Source: the human T2T-CHM13v2.0 reference genome, Homo sapiens. Taken from it: a stretch of 64,000 bases of DNA. Every line of letters begins with the position of its first letter. The stretch's first letter is position 1. The stretch lies in NCBI RefSeq assembly GCF_009914755.1, contig NC_060928.1; one strand, 5' to 3'. A program made the translations under genes and the position numbers. The notes under the pieces are model-generated. The model ran no database searches and was not told the origin of the DNA. It saw only the letters and a list, made by a program, of their open reading frames with translations. Of the stretch, positions 37,510-50,788 are shown piece by piece.

Positions 37510-40500
37510 GTGACCCATGTTCAAAATGGTGGAATAGCAACTCCAAGTTCCTGTCCCTCCACAGCAGCATTGAAAAACAAGCAAAAGCTGTCTGAAATAA
37601 CTTTTTCAGAATGCTGGAAAACAGTCAAAAGTTTACAGCAACCAAGAAAATACTGAATCAAAATATATGAAGCAGACATTGACAGAATTGAAGGGGGAAA
37701 TAGACAGTTTTACAAAAGTCTTTGGAAACTTTAATACTTTACTTTTAATAATGGGTAGAACATTTAGACAGAAGAGCAATAAGAAAATAGGGGACTTGAA
37801 CAACAGTATAAACCAGCTATACCTGACAGACACATACAGAACTCCACCCAACAGCAGCAAAATATCAAGTCTTATCAAGTATACATGAAACATTCTCCAG
37901 GATATATTATATACTAAGGCATAAAACAAGTTTCAGTGAAGTTTTAAAAATTGAAGTCAGAAAGATCTCTGACAACAATGAAATGAAGTTAGAAGTTAAT
38001 AACAGAAGGAAAACTGGAAAATTCACAAACGTGGAAATTTAACACACTCTTAAACCACCAGTGGTTCAAAAAGGATATCATAAGGGAAATTAGAAAATAC
38101 TTAGAGACAAACAAAAATGAAAATGCAACATAGGAAAACTTGTAGATTGCAGTGAAGACAATCTATAGCTATAAATGCCTACGTTAACAAAGAAAGATCT
38201 CAAATCAACCTAACTTTATAACATGAGGAAATAGAAAAAGGAGAGCAAAATAACAAAGCTATCAGAAGACAGGAAATAATAAAGATTAGAGCAGAGATAA
38301 ATGAAATATTGAATACAAAACCCATAGAAGGAATCAATGAAACCAAAATTGGTTCTTTGAAAAGATGAACCAAATTGGCAAACCTTTAGCTACAGGAAGA
38401 AAAAGGTGAGAAGACACAAATAACTAAAATCATAAAGGAAAGTGTACATATTACCACCAAACTTACAGAAATAAAAAGGATTATAATACTGTGAACAATT
38501 GTATGTCAACAAATTAGATAACTTAGATGAATAGAAAAGCTGAACAGACCTATAACAAGTAAAGAGATTCAATCAGTAATCAAAACATTCCAACAAAGAA
38601 AAGTCCAGGAGTAGATCACTTCTCTGGTGAATAATATCCAACATTTAAAGAATTAACACTGTTCCTTTTCAAACTCTCAATAAATAGACCTGAGAGAACA
38701 CTCTCTAACTCATTCTATTAAGCTAGTACTCTGATACCAAGGCAGATAATGACATCACAAGAAAAGCAAATTACAGATATTGCACACCCATGTTTATAGC
38801 AGCACTTTTCACAATAGCCAAGAGGTGGAAGCAACCCAAATATCTATCAACAGGTGAATGGATAAAAAAAATGTGTTATCTACATACAATGGAATATCAT
38901 TCAGCCTTAAGAGGAAGGAAATCCTGTCAAATGCTACAATGTGGATGAACCTTGAGGTCATTATCCTAAATGAAATAAGCCAGTGACAGACAAATACTGT
39001 ATGATTCCACTTACATGAGGTATATTAAGGAGTCAAATTCCTAGAAACAGAAAGTAGAGTGGTGTTTACCAGGGGCTGGGGACAGAGGGAAAAGGCCAAT
39101 TGTTTAATGGGCATAGAGTTATAGTTTTGCAAGGTGAAAACGTTTTGGAGATCTGTTTCACAACTATTTGAATATGTTTCACACTACTAAACTGTACTTT
39201 TGAAAATGGTTAATATGGTAAGTTTTATGTTATATGCTTTTACCACTATAAAAAAATTGCAGACCAGTATCCCTTACGAATATAGATACAAAAGTTCTCA
39301 AAAAGGGCCGGGCACCGTGACTCATGCCTGTAATCCCAGCACTTTGGGAGGCCGAGGTGGGTGGATCATGAGGTCAGGAGTTCAAGACCATCCTGGCCCA
39401 GATGGTGAAACCCCGTCTCTACTAAAACTACAAAAATTAGCCAGGTGCAGTGGCAGGCATCTGTAATCCCAGCTACTTGGGAGGCTGAGGCAAGATAATT
39501 GCCTGAGCTGGGGTAGCAGAGTTTGCAGTGAATTGAGATCATGCAACTGCACTCCAGCCTGGGTGACAAAGTGACACTCCATCTCAAAAAAAAAGAATCC
39601 GTCTCAAAAAAAAAAATTCTCAAAAACTACTAGTAAACCCAAACCAACAGCATATTAAAAGGATTATATACCATTACCACATGAGGTTTATCCCAGGAAT
39701 GCAAGGGTAGCTCAACATAAGAAAGTCAATTAGTATAATATGCCACATTAGTAAAACAAGGGAAAAAGACAAACATTTCATTTCAATTGAGCAGAATAGG
39801 CATTTTATTCCCTAATAAAAACCAGCAGAAAACTGGGAATAGAAGGGAACTTCCTCAACTTGATAAAGGGTATAATGAAAAACCCACAGCTAACATCAAG
39901 CAACAACAACAAAATAGATAAATTGGATTTCATCAAAATTAAAAACTTTTGGGCATCAAAGAACATTGTAAAGAAAGTAAAAAGACAATTTACAGAATGG
40001 AAGAAAATATTTGTAAATCATATATCTGATAAAGATTTAACATACAGAATATATAAAGAACTTCTACAACCCCACAACAAAAAGAACCCAGTTAAAAAAA
40101 GTACTGATCAAAGGACTTGAACAGACATTTCTCAAAAGAAGATATACAAATAGCCAACATGCAGTTGAAAATATGCTCTACACCATTAGTTATTAGGGAA
40201 ATGCAAATCAAAATCACAATGAGATACCATTTCACATCTACTAGGATGGCAATAATAATATAATAATAATACAGAAAATAACAAGTGTTGGCAAGGATAT
40301 GGAAAAACTTAAATCCTTTAACATTGCTAGTGGGAATGTAAAATAATGGAGCCATTATGGAAGGTAGTTTAGAGATTCCTCAAAAAGTTAAAGAAGAACC
40401 ATTATGACCTAGCAATCCTGCTTCTAGGTATATATCCCAAATAATTTAAAGACTCAGATACTTGTACACCAAGTATACACCAAGTGTGCTGTTTCATCGT

Positions 40501-40945
40501 AGCGCTATTAACCATAGCCAAAAAGTAGAAACAACTCAATTGTCCATAAATGGATAAACAAAATGTAGTTATACATATCTTTAATTATTACTCAGCTATG
40601 AAAAGGAATGAAGTTCTGATATGTGCTACAACATGATGATTCTTGAAATAATGCTAAGTGTTTTAAAATAATGTTTGAAAAAACACTAAATGAAATAAGC
40701 CAGACACAAGTAAAAAGACAATCTATAGAATGGGAGAAAATATTTGATTTTTCAGGGGCTTGGGAGATGGGGGAATTAGGTGTTACTGCTTAATGGAAAG
40801 TTTCTGTTTGTGGTTATGAAAAAGTTTTGGAAATAGATGGTAGTGATGATTACACAATATTGTGAATATAATTAATAGTCACTGAATTGTATATATAACA
40901 TAGTTAAAATGGCAAATTGTATATTATATGTATCTTAACCACCTT
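37510..40945 (+). mobile_element. Old L1M composite with internal deletions, a nested L1MB-like 3' end (~38778-39258) and an Alu
   Basis: ORF2-like remnants (MKQTLTELKGEIDS..., KIDKLDFIKIKNF...) and two separate L1 3'UTR ends. Confidence 0.8.
39306..39616 (+). mobile_element. Alu (AluS-like) nested in L1M
   Basis: Full dimer with ttctcaaaaa on both flanks. Confidence 0.92.
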
Positions 40946-41154
40946 AAAAGAACCCCCCTCAAAAAGAATATTAATACTTGACAGTCTTCACCTTCCCCAC
41001 AACAAAAAGTCACATTGGTCTTTATTAGGGGACTAAATCTGTAAAATAAATTACAGATAATTCCTGTAGTTTATTAAGTTGGACTCTCTGGAAGCAATCA
41101 GGGTAGCAGTTCTTAAGTAAATAATTCTCTTTATGTATTTTTATGTATAGAGAG

Positions 41155-41272
41155 AGGGAGAGACAGAGTCTCACTGTTGCCCAGGCTGGTCTCAAACTCT
41201 TGGCCTCATGTGATCCTTTCACCTGGCCTCCCAAAGCACTGGGATTTCAGGTGTGAGCCACCACACCTGGCC
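41155..41272 (-). mobile_element. Alu monomer
   Basis: Left-arm-like reverse complement. Confidence 0.75.
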
Positions 41273-42482
41273 CTTGCCTTTATGTCTTAAGTGGGGCTCT
41301 TTAAGGTCTTAAAAGGTGAATTTTTCAAGTGCTGAGAAAATTAAAGTAGAAAAGCTTAGAAGACACTGGGTCTGTGAGGTAGAGGACACCTAAGCCCTTT
41401 TGGCCCCCATGTTCCAGCTGATAGCCAAAAGGTAGCGATAGATGTGAAAGGAGGAGGTTCTGCTGCCAGCTAAACCCCAATATTCCAGGACCTATGGTAA
41501 GACTTTGAGGACACCATCTAGTCCAGTACTTTGTTCTCAGATCTGATTGAACAAGTCCAGGTGCTTCAGATAATCGCTTCTTGTGACAACTTCAGGTTGT
41601 GCCATTCTTTACTCCCTGAAAGGAATATTAAAGTGGAAAACCTCAAGTAGTATTGCATTAAGAATGAGCTAGTGTACCCTCTTCTAGGTGCAGAAAGTAG
41701 AGTTGACAGTGTAGGCATTGTTAGGCTTCCATGAGGATTTCTTTTGAAAAGATGTTCCCTGCTTAAAAAATAAATGACAAATTTAGAGTATTCTCAGAGT
41801 TCAAAAGAAAAAGTTTATTTTCCCCCTATTTTCTATGTTGGCAAATGGGCCACATAAAGGTGCAGTTCTGTTCATTTAAGCTTTTGGAGTATTGCAACAG
41901 GTACCTCAAAGTTGGGGAAATGTTACTTGATTTTGAAAAGCATGAGGCATAGGAGGTAAAAGATGACACCAAAAAGCTAACCTAAATCAACTTAAGAGGG
42001 ATACAGGCTCATGGTTTGTTAGTGGTCAGAGTTATAGAATGTAGGCATAGTGCAGCTGTGGTGTTTCTCTCTGTTTCTTCATCATTCCCATGCACACTAA
42101 ATTTCATAAACAACTTTATTTTCATAGAGTGACTCTTGCCTGGGGATTAAGGGTACTCCCTAGGAACCTAAGGGAATGAGTAAAATGACCCCCACAGGAA
42201 GACAGGGCTACTCTCCCTGGTGTGAGAATGACTTCATCAATTTGTAACCCAGGCCGACTAAATATATCAATCATGTGTTGTTTTTATAACAGCTAGAAAC
42301 TGGGAAGAATAGAGTTCATAAGGTTTTCAGTATTGTTACCTCACAAAATAATCCTTCAGAAATTCCAATTCAAAACATAGAAGGAGTCTATTGTTTGTTT
42401 CATATTGCTTATTTTGTTACATTACTCTGTTCTTCCTTAGCTAGCAACTTTGAGCCCCCATAGGCTATGCTAATTAGGCTCT

Positions 42483-42635
42483 TTATTTATTTTTTTGAGA
42501 CACAGTCTCTTCCAGCCTGGAGTGCAGTGGCGTGATCATGGCTCACTGCAGCCTTGACCTCCTGGGCTCAAGGGATCCTCCTGCCTCAACCTCCTGAGTA
42601 GCTGGGATTGCAGGTGTGAGCTACTGTATCCAGCC
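42483..42635 (-). mobile_element. Alu monomer/fragment
   Basis: Single-arm-length reverse complement. Confidence 0.75.
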
Positions 42636-42754
42636 CTAGGCTCACTATATTACAGAGCCCAGAAACACTCAGTGTAATTCCAAGGCTCTTTAAGACTGTC
42701 ACTGGCTCAAGGATCCAAATCCAGGCCTCTGACTAAAACATACTTAGAATGGCT

Positions 42755-43360
42755 CATTCTCTCACTCCCTTCAAGTGTTGCTCAAATGTTACCTATTCAG
42801 TGCTATCTTACTCCCTATTTAAAACTGCACCCATGATCTCACCTCTGACACTCCACATCCCTCTTTCTGGTTTTATTTTTCTCAATAGCGCTTATATCAT
42901 CTAATGTACTATATATTTTACTTCATTCTCTTGTTTATTATCTGTATCCCTTCCATGATGACAGGGATTTTTGTCTGTCTTGTTCTTTGTTGTAGCTGTA
43001 ACACCTAGATCAGCACCTGGCACATAGTGCCTGCATATAAGACATGCTTAATATATATTTTGATGGATGATATTTCGAATGAAAATTTACCTACATAACC
43101 ACATCAAGTAAAATTGAATTTGGACTCTAGGACAACTGCTTGGGTCCAAATCCTGGTTCAGCAACTTATGGCTGTTGACCTTGGGCAAGTTATATAACCT
43201 CTCTCTGCCTCAGTTTTCTCATGTGTAAAATGAGACTAATAATAATTGTTCTTATTATATAGACTTTGTTGTGATGATGAACATGAATTGGTATTATAAA
43301 GCACTTTGAAAAATACCTGGCACATTGGAAACACCATGTATTAATAAATGTTAACTTGTA
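42755..43360. mobile_element. L2 3' end plus MIR fragments (representative; other likely MIR/L2 relics lie near 340-530, 4470-4670, 14400-15350, 21500-21950, 46200-47200, 50790-51005, 58525-58770 and 60880-64000)
   Basis: MIR core gaccttgggcaagtta...cctctctgcctcagttttctcat and L2 end cctggcacatagt. Confidence 0.6.
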
Positions 43361-45923
43361 GTGGTAGAAGGAGTTGCATTTAACTGTATCTGAGTTAGTG
43401 CTATGTTTTATAAATAAAGCATTTATTTAGATTTTATGATATCCCCCTTGTGTGTAGGAGCCAATTTGTATGAAAATAAGGATGACAGGAGTCTGATGTG
43501 TGAGTTAGGCCCTTTAATAATTCAAGAAAGTCTGTACAATTAAGCATCTTATGAAAAATAGTTCAATGGAAAGTATAATTCAAGATCGCATATATTTCTA
43601 TGAAAGCCTACCGTTACTCCTTTATAATACTTATCACAATAATTTTTACTTATTCAATATGTCTTCTATGTCTAGATTCTAAGCTAAGCAGATTCAAAGT
43701 TCCATGGGAACAAAATAGATTTGTCTTGTTCACCACTAAAACTCATGTCATATTTAGCACATGGTAGGTGCTTGGTTCATATTTGGTTAAAGGAATATGT
43801 ATTCTTGGCTACTCAGAATACGAGGAGCCTATACTGAACAAGTTATCTTTTTATCCACCAGAAGCAAGAATTCATTACTTCCACATCTAAAAATGTTATC
43901 TCACCCCTCTTTTCTTCTATCCGGTTTTTGTTTACTAGAACTCATCATGACTGCTTTTACCTCATGGCATCTGTTGTTTGCTTTTCCATCTGTATCTTAA
44001 CTTTTGCCCATCATTACTAGCTAATGACTTTCTCTGTGTATTGAAGTCAAATTCTCAACAGAGACCCTACCTGGTTTTAATTAATGAGAATTATTGGTCT
44101 TGGACAGAGTTCTCCTATCATTGGCTGCTCTCAAGTATAGAAATTGACTGCCCTTGGGTCAGGTGGCCATTTTTGACCTAATCAGATATGGCTAGGGTGA
44201 TCTGGTTCAGAATAAGTTTATCTGTTTGTAAAGAACAACAAGGACTTATTCCCTCAGTAGATCTTCTGGGTTTAAGAAAGAATGGGGAAAGCTGGCTTTC
44301 TGAGGCTGGGGCTGCCCAGCATGCCCCAAATTACAATCATTAATATTTACTATGTGTTAGAGGGATACAGTGTGGGGTATAGATATAAGACCCTATCCTT
44401 GCCCTCATATAGCTCACAAACTAGAGGAGGCAGGCAAGCAGATTGAATATAGAGTAATGGTATTGCTGGAGTTGAACACTTTGTGCCATGGGAACATGCA
44501 GGACAAACACTCAGTCTGGACTGGGATTGTGAAATAACCTCCATCTTTACTGAGGTTTCTCTGTTCCAAGTATATGTTAAAGAGAGGAAGTTCTGTGTCA
44601 CAATGATGCCCTTCAGTATCCTTTTTTTAAAAAAAATCTTGTTTAAAAGTTTCTAAATTAAAACCAAGCGAGGGCATTGAGCATATACTCCTTTACCTAA
44701 AAGACATTTTGTTTTCAAGTTTAGGAAGAGTACTGTTCTTTGACTTTCAGGTGTTTTCTCCAGTGAATATAGTGAGTGTGCCAGAATCATTTGATAAGAA
44801 CAGTTACACTACCTGTAATCTGAGAGATGTGGCTTTGAAACTGGGCTGACATTTAGGGAGCACTTCCTTGCCTGTCCTCCTTCAGAGTTCTACTACTCCT
44901 TCATTTCACAGCAGTCCTAACTACTAATTGTTTAAGCTCCCTCTTTCATTCCTGGAAATCTTGATTACATGGCAGGGAGGACTTCTCGCAATCCATCATT
45001 CTAATGGAATCTTCAATGAGGATATATATGGATGAGAGAAGCCCTCTGGAACACTATGCTTTATCCATGACCATTGATTTCCACCATTTGCTTCAAACTT
45101 TCATCTTCTGCCACTGTCTTGCATACTCTTCTTTTCCAGTCAATTCTCCAGTAAAATCTGTTCCAGACAATAGCTTGAAGGTTGGTCATCGGGCCTGAAG
45201 GCAATATACACCACCCTGCATATTAGCACCCACTGAGTGAGAGTATAACCCTACTCTAGATGACCATCCAATGCTGAAGATGATGATGCTATTCTTGGTA
45301 TTTCGATTCAGACCCAAGATGAGCCTGAGAGTTTGTATCCATTTGAGGAAATTCTTAATCACCTAAATATCTCTACCAATAGTGTTCATCATTAAATACT
45401 TGCTGTCTGGCACATAGTGCTTTTTTTAAATTATTTTTTGTTCAATAAATGAAAGCAGTTTTAGTGGATCGGTTCAAGAGGAGTCTTTGTATTAGCTTTG
45501 TTTAGTGTGGAGTTTGGAACTGAAGAAGCATTTAATAATTAACATTTTAAAGTGTAGACTACGGTATATCAGACCTTTCTGGAACACTCCCTAGACACTG
45601 AAATGCGGCAAAGACACTGCATTGGAAACCTCTGAAAGAGTCTGTATCCTTGGCCAGCAGATGGCATTCTTATACTATAGTTTAGAGAAAGCAAGTAGCA
45701 AAAGGTAAAGAAGCACTTCTTAATGATGAAGTGACCATCTACCTCCTTTTTCCCTTCCCCATCACCACATAACGTTATCTCACTTCCATTTTATCCCAGG
45801 CAACTATCTTTTCCATCCATCCATTCACCCTTCTTTAGGTGCCTAGAGATATCTTGCTACCATTCTCTCTAGTTGCTCATAGGAAAATATCTTTTGTACT
45901 TATTAATAGTCAATCCATAGAAA

Positions 45924-46080
45924 TAGGACAAGCCACATAATTTTCCGGGCCCTGTGTAAAATGAAAATGCAGAAGTTGTTCAAAAAGTATTGAGAATTTT
46001 AGGACAGTAAGAAAAGAGCATTAAACCAAGCACAGGGCCCTCTGAGCCCACACAAGCCATACACCCATGAAACCAGCCAT
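45924..46080 (-). mobile_element. MER45A-like DNA element
   Basis: aaaatgaaaatgc...agagcattaaaccaagcacagggccc...cacccatgaaaccagcc matches my recollection of reverse-complement MER45A. Confidence 0.65.
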
Positions 46081-48362
46081 ACTTTATAATGTAAATATTT
46101 CCCTCTTCCCATCCTACCTTCCATTGTTCTAATGTCCTGTCCCCTGTGACCCACACCAAAAAGGCTGCTTAAGAAAGGAAGGAATCACTAAGTGTCATTC
46201 AGACATCATAGAATCTTAGCACTGAAAGAAAATTTGGAGATCTAGTTCAATCCTCTCATTTTAAAGATGATTAAACTACATTCCAAAGAGATGAAGAGAC
46301 TCTCCCAAAGTCCCCAGCTAGTTATGTCACAGACTGGACTGGAACTAAGTATTCTCATCTACCAGGCCAAGGCTCACTCTCTCACGCAGACTCCATGAGA
46401 GGTATTTTAAGAAAAGAGTTTTCCCATCTACTCAGGATATACTTTGCCCCATTTTCTCTAGAGGAGAAGGGTACATGTTTATGTTACATTTGAGTACCAG
46501 GTATATGCCAGGCATTACACTCGATGTTTTATACATAATACCTCAATTGCAACAAGCTCAGAAAATCATTACATTTTCCCCATTTTTCAAATGAGAAAAA
46601 TAGAGAATCAGAACTTGAATTTTAGTCAGTAAATGGGCAGACAAGAATTTGGGCAAGTCTGTGATTCTAAAACCCATTCTTTTTCACCACATCATTCCTA
46701 AATTTTAGGAAAGCTGAGTCAGCCTGTGTTTCCTGAACATTGGTCTTGTTTTTGGTCAGCTCTGGGTGATTTGGGGACTCTTTCCAGGCTATGTTCTTCA
46801 AATTTACCAGGTTTGCTACTGCCTTGGTGTCTTTGCTCCAGGGTGTTTCCTCTGCTTGAAACACTCTTCCCCCAGATATTTCATGAAAAACAGGACCACG
46901 TGTTGGAGAGGTAACAGGGCATCTGATCATATAGGGTCTTACAGGTCATTGTAAGAACATTGGCTTTTTCCTCTGAGTGAAAATGGAAGCCATTGCAGCA
47001 GTTTGAGCAGATAAGCGATGTGATCAGATTTAGATTTTTAAAGGATCCTTCTGGCTGCTGTGTAGAAAAAGAGACTAAAGGGGTGGAGTAGGGAAGGTAG
47101 AAGTTCTTGGGCTTTTTAGAGAGTTGTAACAGTAATCCAGGAAAAAGATAATGGTGGCTCATACTAAGGTGATAGCAGTGGAAGTGATGGGAAGTGGTTG
47201 GATTCTGGAGTTATATGTGTATGTAAGTACTATATTTTTAACTTCTTGTTATGGAAAATCTCAAATACATACAGAAGTACAGAGATGAATATAATGAATT
47301 CCTGTGTTCCTATTCAGTGAACCTATCATATGTTATTATGTGTCAGGCACTTTGCAACAGCTGCAAGAATTGCCAACTTGTATCAATCTTCCTCCCCAAC
47401 CCTAGATTGGGGAGAAAGCAATTTGAAGCAAATCCCAGATACCATATTGCATGTGTAAATATTTCAGCTTCTACTACTCCAACTGCTTCTGACTGCCCCG
47501 ACATTCTGCTATCTACCCTATGGTTACTGCTTGTTCATAGTTTCAGGTACTCATGACTTCTACTTATTGTCTGCTCTATTTGTCCTCTTTAAGCCTTTTT
47601 CCTTGCTATCAACTACTAACTGTGTACTTCTCAAATTCAAACTCCCTAGAAAGAGGTTCTTGCAGGTTCAGTTAGTTGTCATTTTTCCTTCTACACAGAG
47701 CTCATGATCTGGCCAAATTGTGGTAGATTGGCTGCTCTTGGGTCAGGGACCCTCTTTTGGCCAAGCAGGGTGGTGTAATGACAAGGTTGGTTTTCCCGAA
47801 AAACGGTTGTTGAAATGGAAGTCACTTAACAAATAATAGGCTGTTCTCCAATACTAATAAATAGTGGAAATTTAATTCTAGAAAGGATATAAATGGTGAA
47901 AAAAGTCAGCCTGCAATGAGACTAGAAATAGATAAGTGTCTAATCACTCAACACCATTATTTTACAGTCTGACCTGACTCATTTAGAGTGCTATTCTTGG
48001 GTGCCACTGAGGAATTAAGGACATTTTTTTTCTTAATATATTTTTGTTTATAACAGGCTGAGTAATAGCATAGATCATAATGATCTAGGCTGAAAGTCAA
48101 GACCTACATTTAATTCTTCTGTTCATCATGGACTTCGTACAATATTAGACAAGCTAATAAACTTCTTTGTGCCTTTGTCTCTCTCAGTTTTTGTATTGAG
48201 ATTAATACCTGCCTTTTCCTGATTCATATATGGTAGACACATAAGATTAGAGGGATAAAAATACATTGAGCTTTTATGAAGAGAAGCATGTGAAAATCTA
48301 AATAATTACTATTTCCTATGTGAAGATTTTTATGAAATTATAAAATGAACATAGATTTAAGG

Positions 48363-48615
48363 TATTTTTATATAAATTTAAGGAGTACAAGTATAGTTTT
48401 GTTACATTGATATATTGCATAGTGGTAAAGTCTGGGCTGTAACCATCACCCCCTGAATAATGTACATTGTACCCATTAAGTAAATTATCATCGCCCCCTG
48501 CCAACCCTCCAACTCTTCCAAGTCTCCAGTGTCTATTATTCTACACTCTGGTGTGTCCATGTGTATACATTATTTAGCTCCCACTTATAAGTGAGAACAC
48601 GCAGTATTCAGCTTT
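48363..48615 (-). mobile_element. L1MA-like 3' end fragment
   Basis: tttagctcccacttataagtgagaaca and aatgtacattgtacccattaag are L1 3'UTR motifs. Confidence 0.75.
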
Positions 48616-49558
48616 CAAAGATTACATACTCTCTATTCATTTTCATCAGGTACTCAAACATTTTTCTTCCTACATTTTAATATATATGTCATATGTATAT
48701 ACCACTTAGAACAGTGTGTGGCAAGTAGTAAGAACTATGTAAATGTTAAGCTGTTATCTACATCAGTGTGAAAAAGAATTTGTCAAAAGTCTATAGAGTT
48801 GCAGCTGCAAATGCTTAAAAATTGTACCCCCTCTCCATCCCCTAATATGTACCCTGCTAAAATACAATTATGTGAAGCACATAAAATTTTACGTCATGTG
48901 AAAATATGAATAAAAGGAAACTTTTTGAGCCCTGGAAAATTGGCAATGTATGTGTTTATGTGAAAAAACCCACAACAACAAAAAAGAAGGGGGTGGTTAA
49001 AAATAACATTGATAACTGATATCTCCATTGTTCTCAAAGACAAGTTAGTGGACAGGCTGCATCAGAATCACCAGGAAATTTTCTAGAATTCTTGGTTCTA
49101 TTAGCGATTCTGATATAATAGAATAACAGTGGAGATTAAGAATGCAGAAATTGTTTAAGTTTCTCAGATGATCCTGATTTTCAGCCAAGCGTGGGAATGA
49201 CTGATGTGTACAAAAATGTAATACAATAATTTAATTTAATGTAGTACATCATTTATTTCCTATCATCCTATTCAAAGTGGTATGTATTGGGAAATATCTG
49301 CCCCCAGGGAAGAGAGCTGAGAGGATATCTATCAAAATCAGAATGGCAATTATCTCTGGATTATGAGTTATGGAAATACTTATTTTACATTTGTGTTTCT
49401 TATTTCTAAGTTTTCTGGTTGAGCATATATTATTTTTATAATAATAGATATTACTTACAACCAGTGCCAGAAAATTATTCACAACCAGTTCAAGATGTTA
49501 AAGACTCATATGCAGCCTATGCTTTTAGTTTATCAAATGTAAAGAAAAAAAACAACTT

Positions 49559-49815
49559 GAGAGGCTGAGGCAGGAGGATTGCTTGAGGCCAGGGGTTCAA
49601 GACCAGCCTGGGCAATATAGCAAGACCCCATCTCTAAAAAAAATAAAAAGAAAACAAAACAAAAATTAGCTGGGCACTGTGGAATGTACCCATAGTCCTA
49701 GCTACTCAGAAGCCTGAGGCAGGAAGATTGCATGAGTCCAGGAGTTTGAGGTTACAGTGAGCTATGATCTCTCCACTACATTCCAGCCTGAGTGAAAGAG
49801 TAAGACCCTCTCTCT
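49559..49815 (+). mobile_element. Alu (AluJ-like, 5' truncated) downstream of FABP2
   Basis: Diverged dimer. Confidence 0.85.
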
Positions 49816-49897
49816 ACGAAAACAATCTGTCAATTCATATTCACATACTTTTTCTTTTAAAAGGCAAGGCTACATATAAAGCAACATGGACGCAATA

Positions 49898-49903
49898 TTT
49901 ATT
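49898..49903 (-). terminator. Probable proximal FABP2 poly(A) signal
   Basis: Minus-strand AATAAA about 240 nt after the stop, followed by a GT/T-containing stretch. Another AATAAA lies at 49252-49257. Confidence 0.6.
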
Positions 49904-50142
49904 TTTGTTTTTTAAAATGTCACAAATTCTTTTAGTAAATATATATCTTAGAGAATATAAAACAAATTAAATCCTAATTAGCTTTTACTTCTTTTGCTTT
50001 GGCATGAATGGAAATATACCAATGTTTATAAAAGGACCAATCAATCAGTAACCTTATACTTGATGGGGTGAAATAAATAGTTCTGGTACAATATAGATCT
50101 TCTGTCCAATTTGTATTTTGGACTGTGCGCCAAGAATAATGC

Positions 50143-50193
50143 TCAATCCTTTTTAAAGATCCTTTTGGCTTCTACTCCTTCATATACATAAGT
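50143..50193 (-). CDS. FABP2: FABP2 exon 4 coding part (TYVYEGVEAKRIFKKD*)
   Basis: tttcag| acceptor, 51 nt to TGA. The four exons sum to 399 nt, i.e. 132 aa plus stop. Confidence 0.97.
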   Translation of the reverse strand, partial: TYVYEGVEAKRIFKKD

Positions 50194-50637
50194 CTGAAAG
50201 GTGTTAACAAACAGAAGAATTTATCTTTAAGGTTTACATCTAAGTTAAGAAAAAGTAGTATTATAGTTTTATACTATATGAGTTTATACTATTTTTATAT
50301 TATATATTCATATATATTATATGAGTATGAGTTTATACAATTTTTTCTTGTACTTGATAGCAAGATTTATACAGATATGGGATACAGCCATTTTAAAACA
50401 CATGTTGGTTTGTAGTCATTTATATTTTCAGTTAAAATAGGCATTGATTATTTGACATATATAAGTTGTCTTTAGTAAATAGGCATCAGAAAATAGCTAT
50501 ACAATATTTTTAAAATCAGTAAGATTTATGAGAAAAGAAGTAGTCAGTTTACTGAAGATCTGGCTCAGCAGTGACAAAAATTATTGTTTTGTAGTAATTT
50601 TTGCCTTTTGAAAATAGCTATAAATTTGACAACTCAC

Positions 50638-50745
50638 CTGGACTAGTTCATCACCTATAATTTCTCGGACAGTATTCAGTTCGTTTCCATTGTCTGTCCG
50701 TTTGAATTTTCCAATAAGTTTATTTCCCTCAAGGCTCCAGGTCCC
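50638..50745 (-). CDS. FABP2: FABP2 exon 3 (GTWSLEGNKLIGKFKRTDNGNELNTVREIIGDELVQ)
   Basis: atgtag| acceptor and CAG|gtgagt donor, 108 bp. Confidence 0.97.
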
Positions 50746-50749
50746 CTAC

Positions 50750-50750
<1 letters not shown>

Positions 50751-50787
<37 letters not shown>
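50751..50787. repeat. (TAA)12 microsatellite in FABP2 intron 2
   Basis: Perfect trinucleotide run adjacent to the exon 3 acceptor. Corresponds to the classic HUMFABP STR. Confidence 0.95.

Positions 50788-50788
<1 letters not shown>

Noticed and set aside
41300-48300. Unannotated gene between C4orf3 and FABP2
   Set aside because: Only short ORFs without recognisable similarity or a coherent splice chain, mostly in MIR/L2/LTR relics. A lncRNA or enhancer cannot be excluded from sequence alone.
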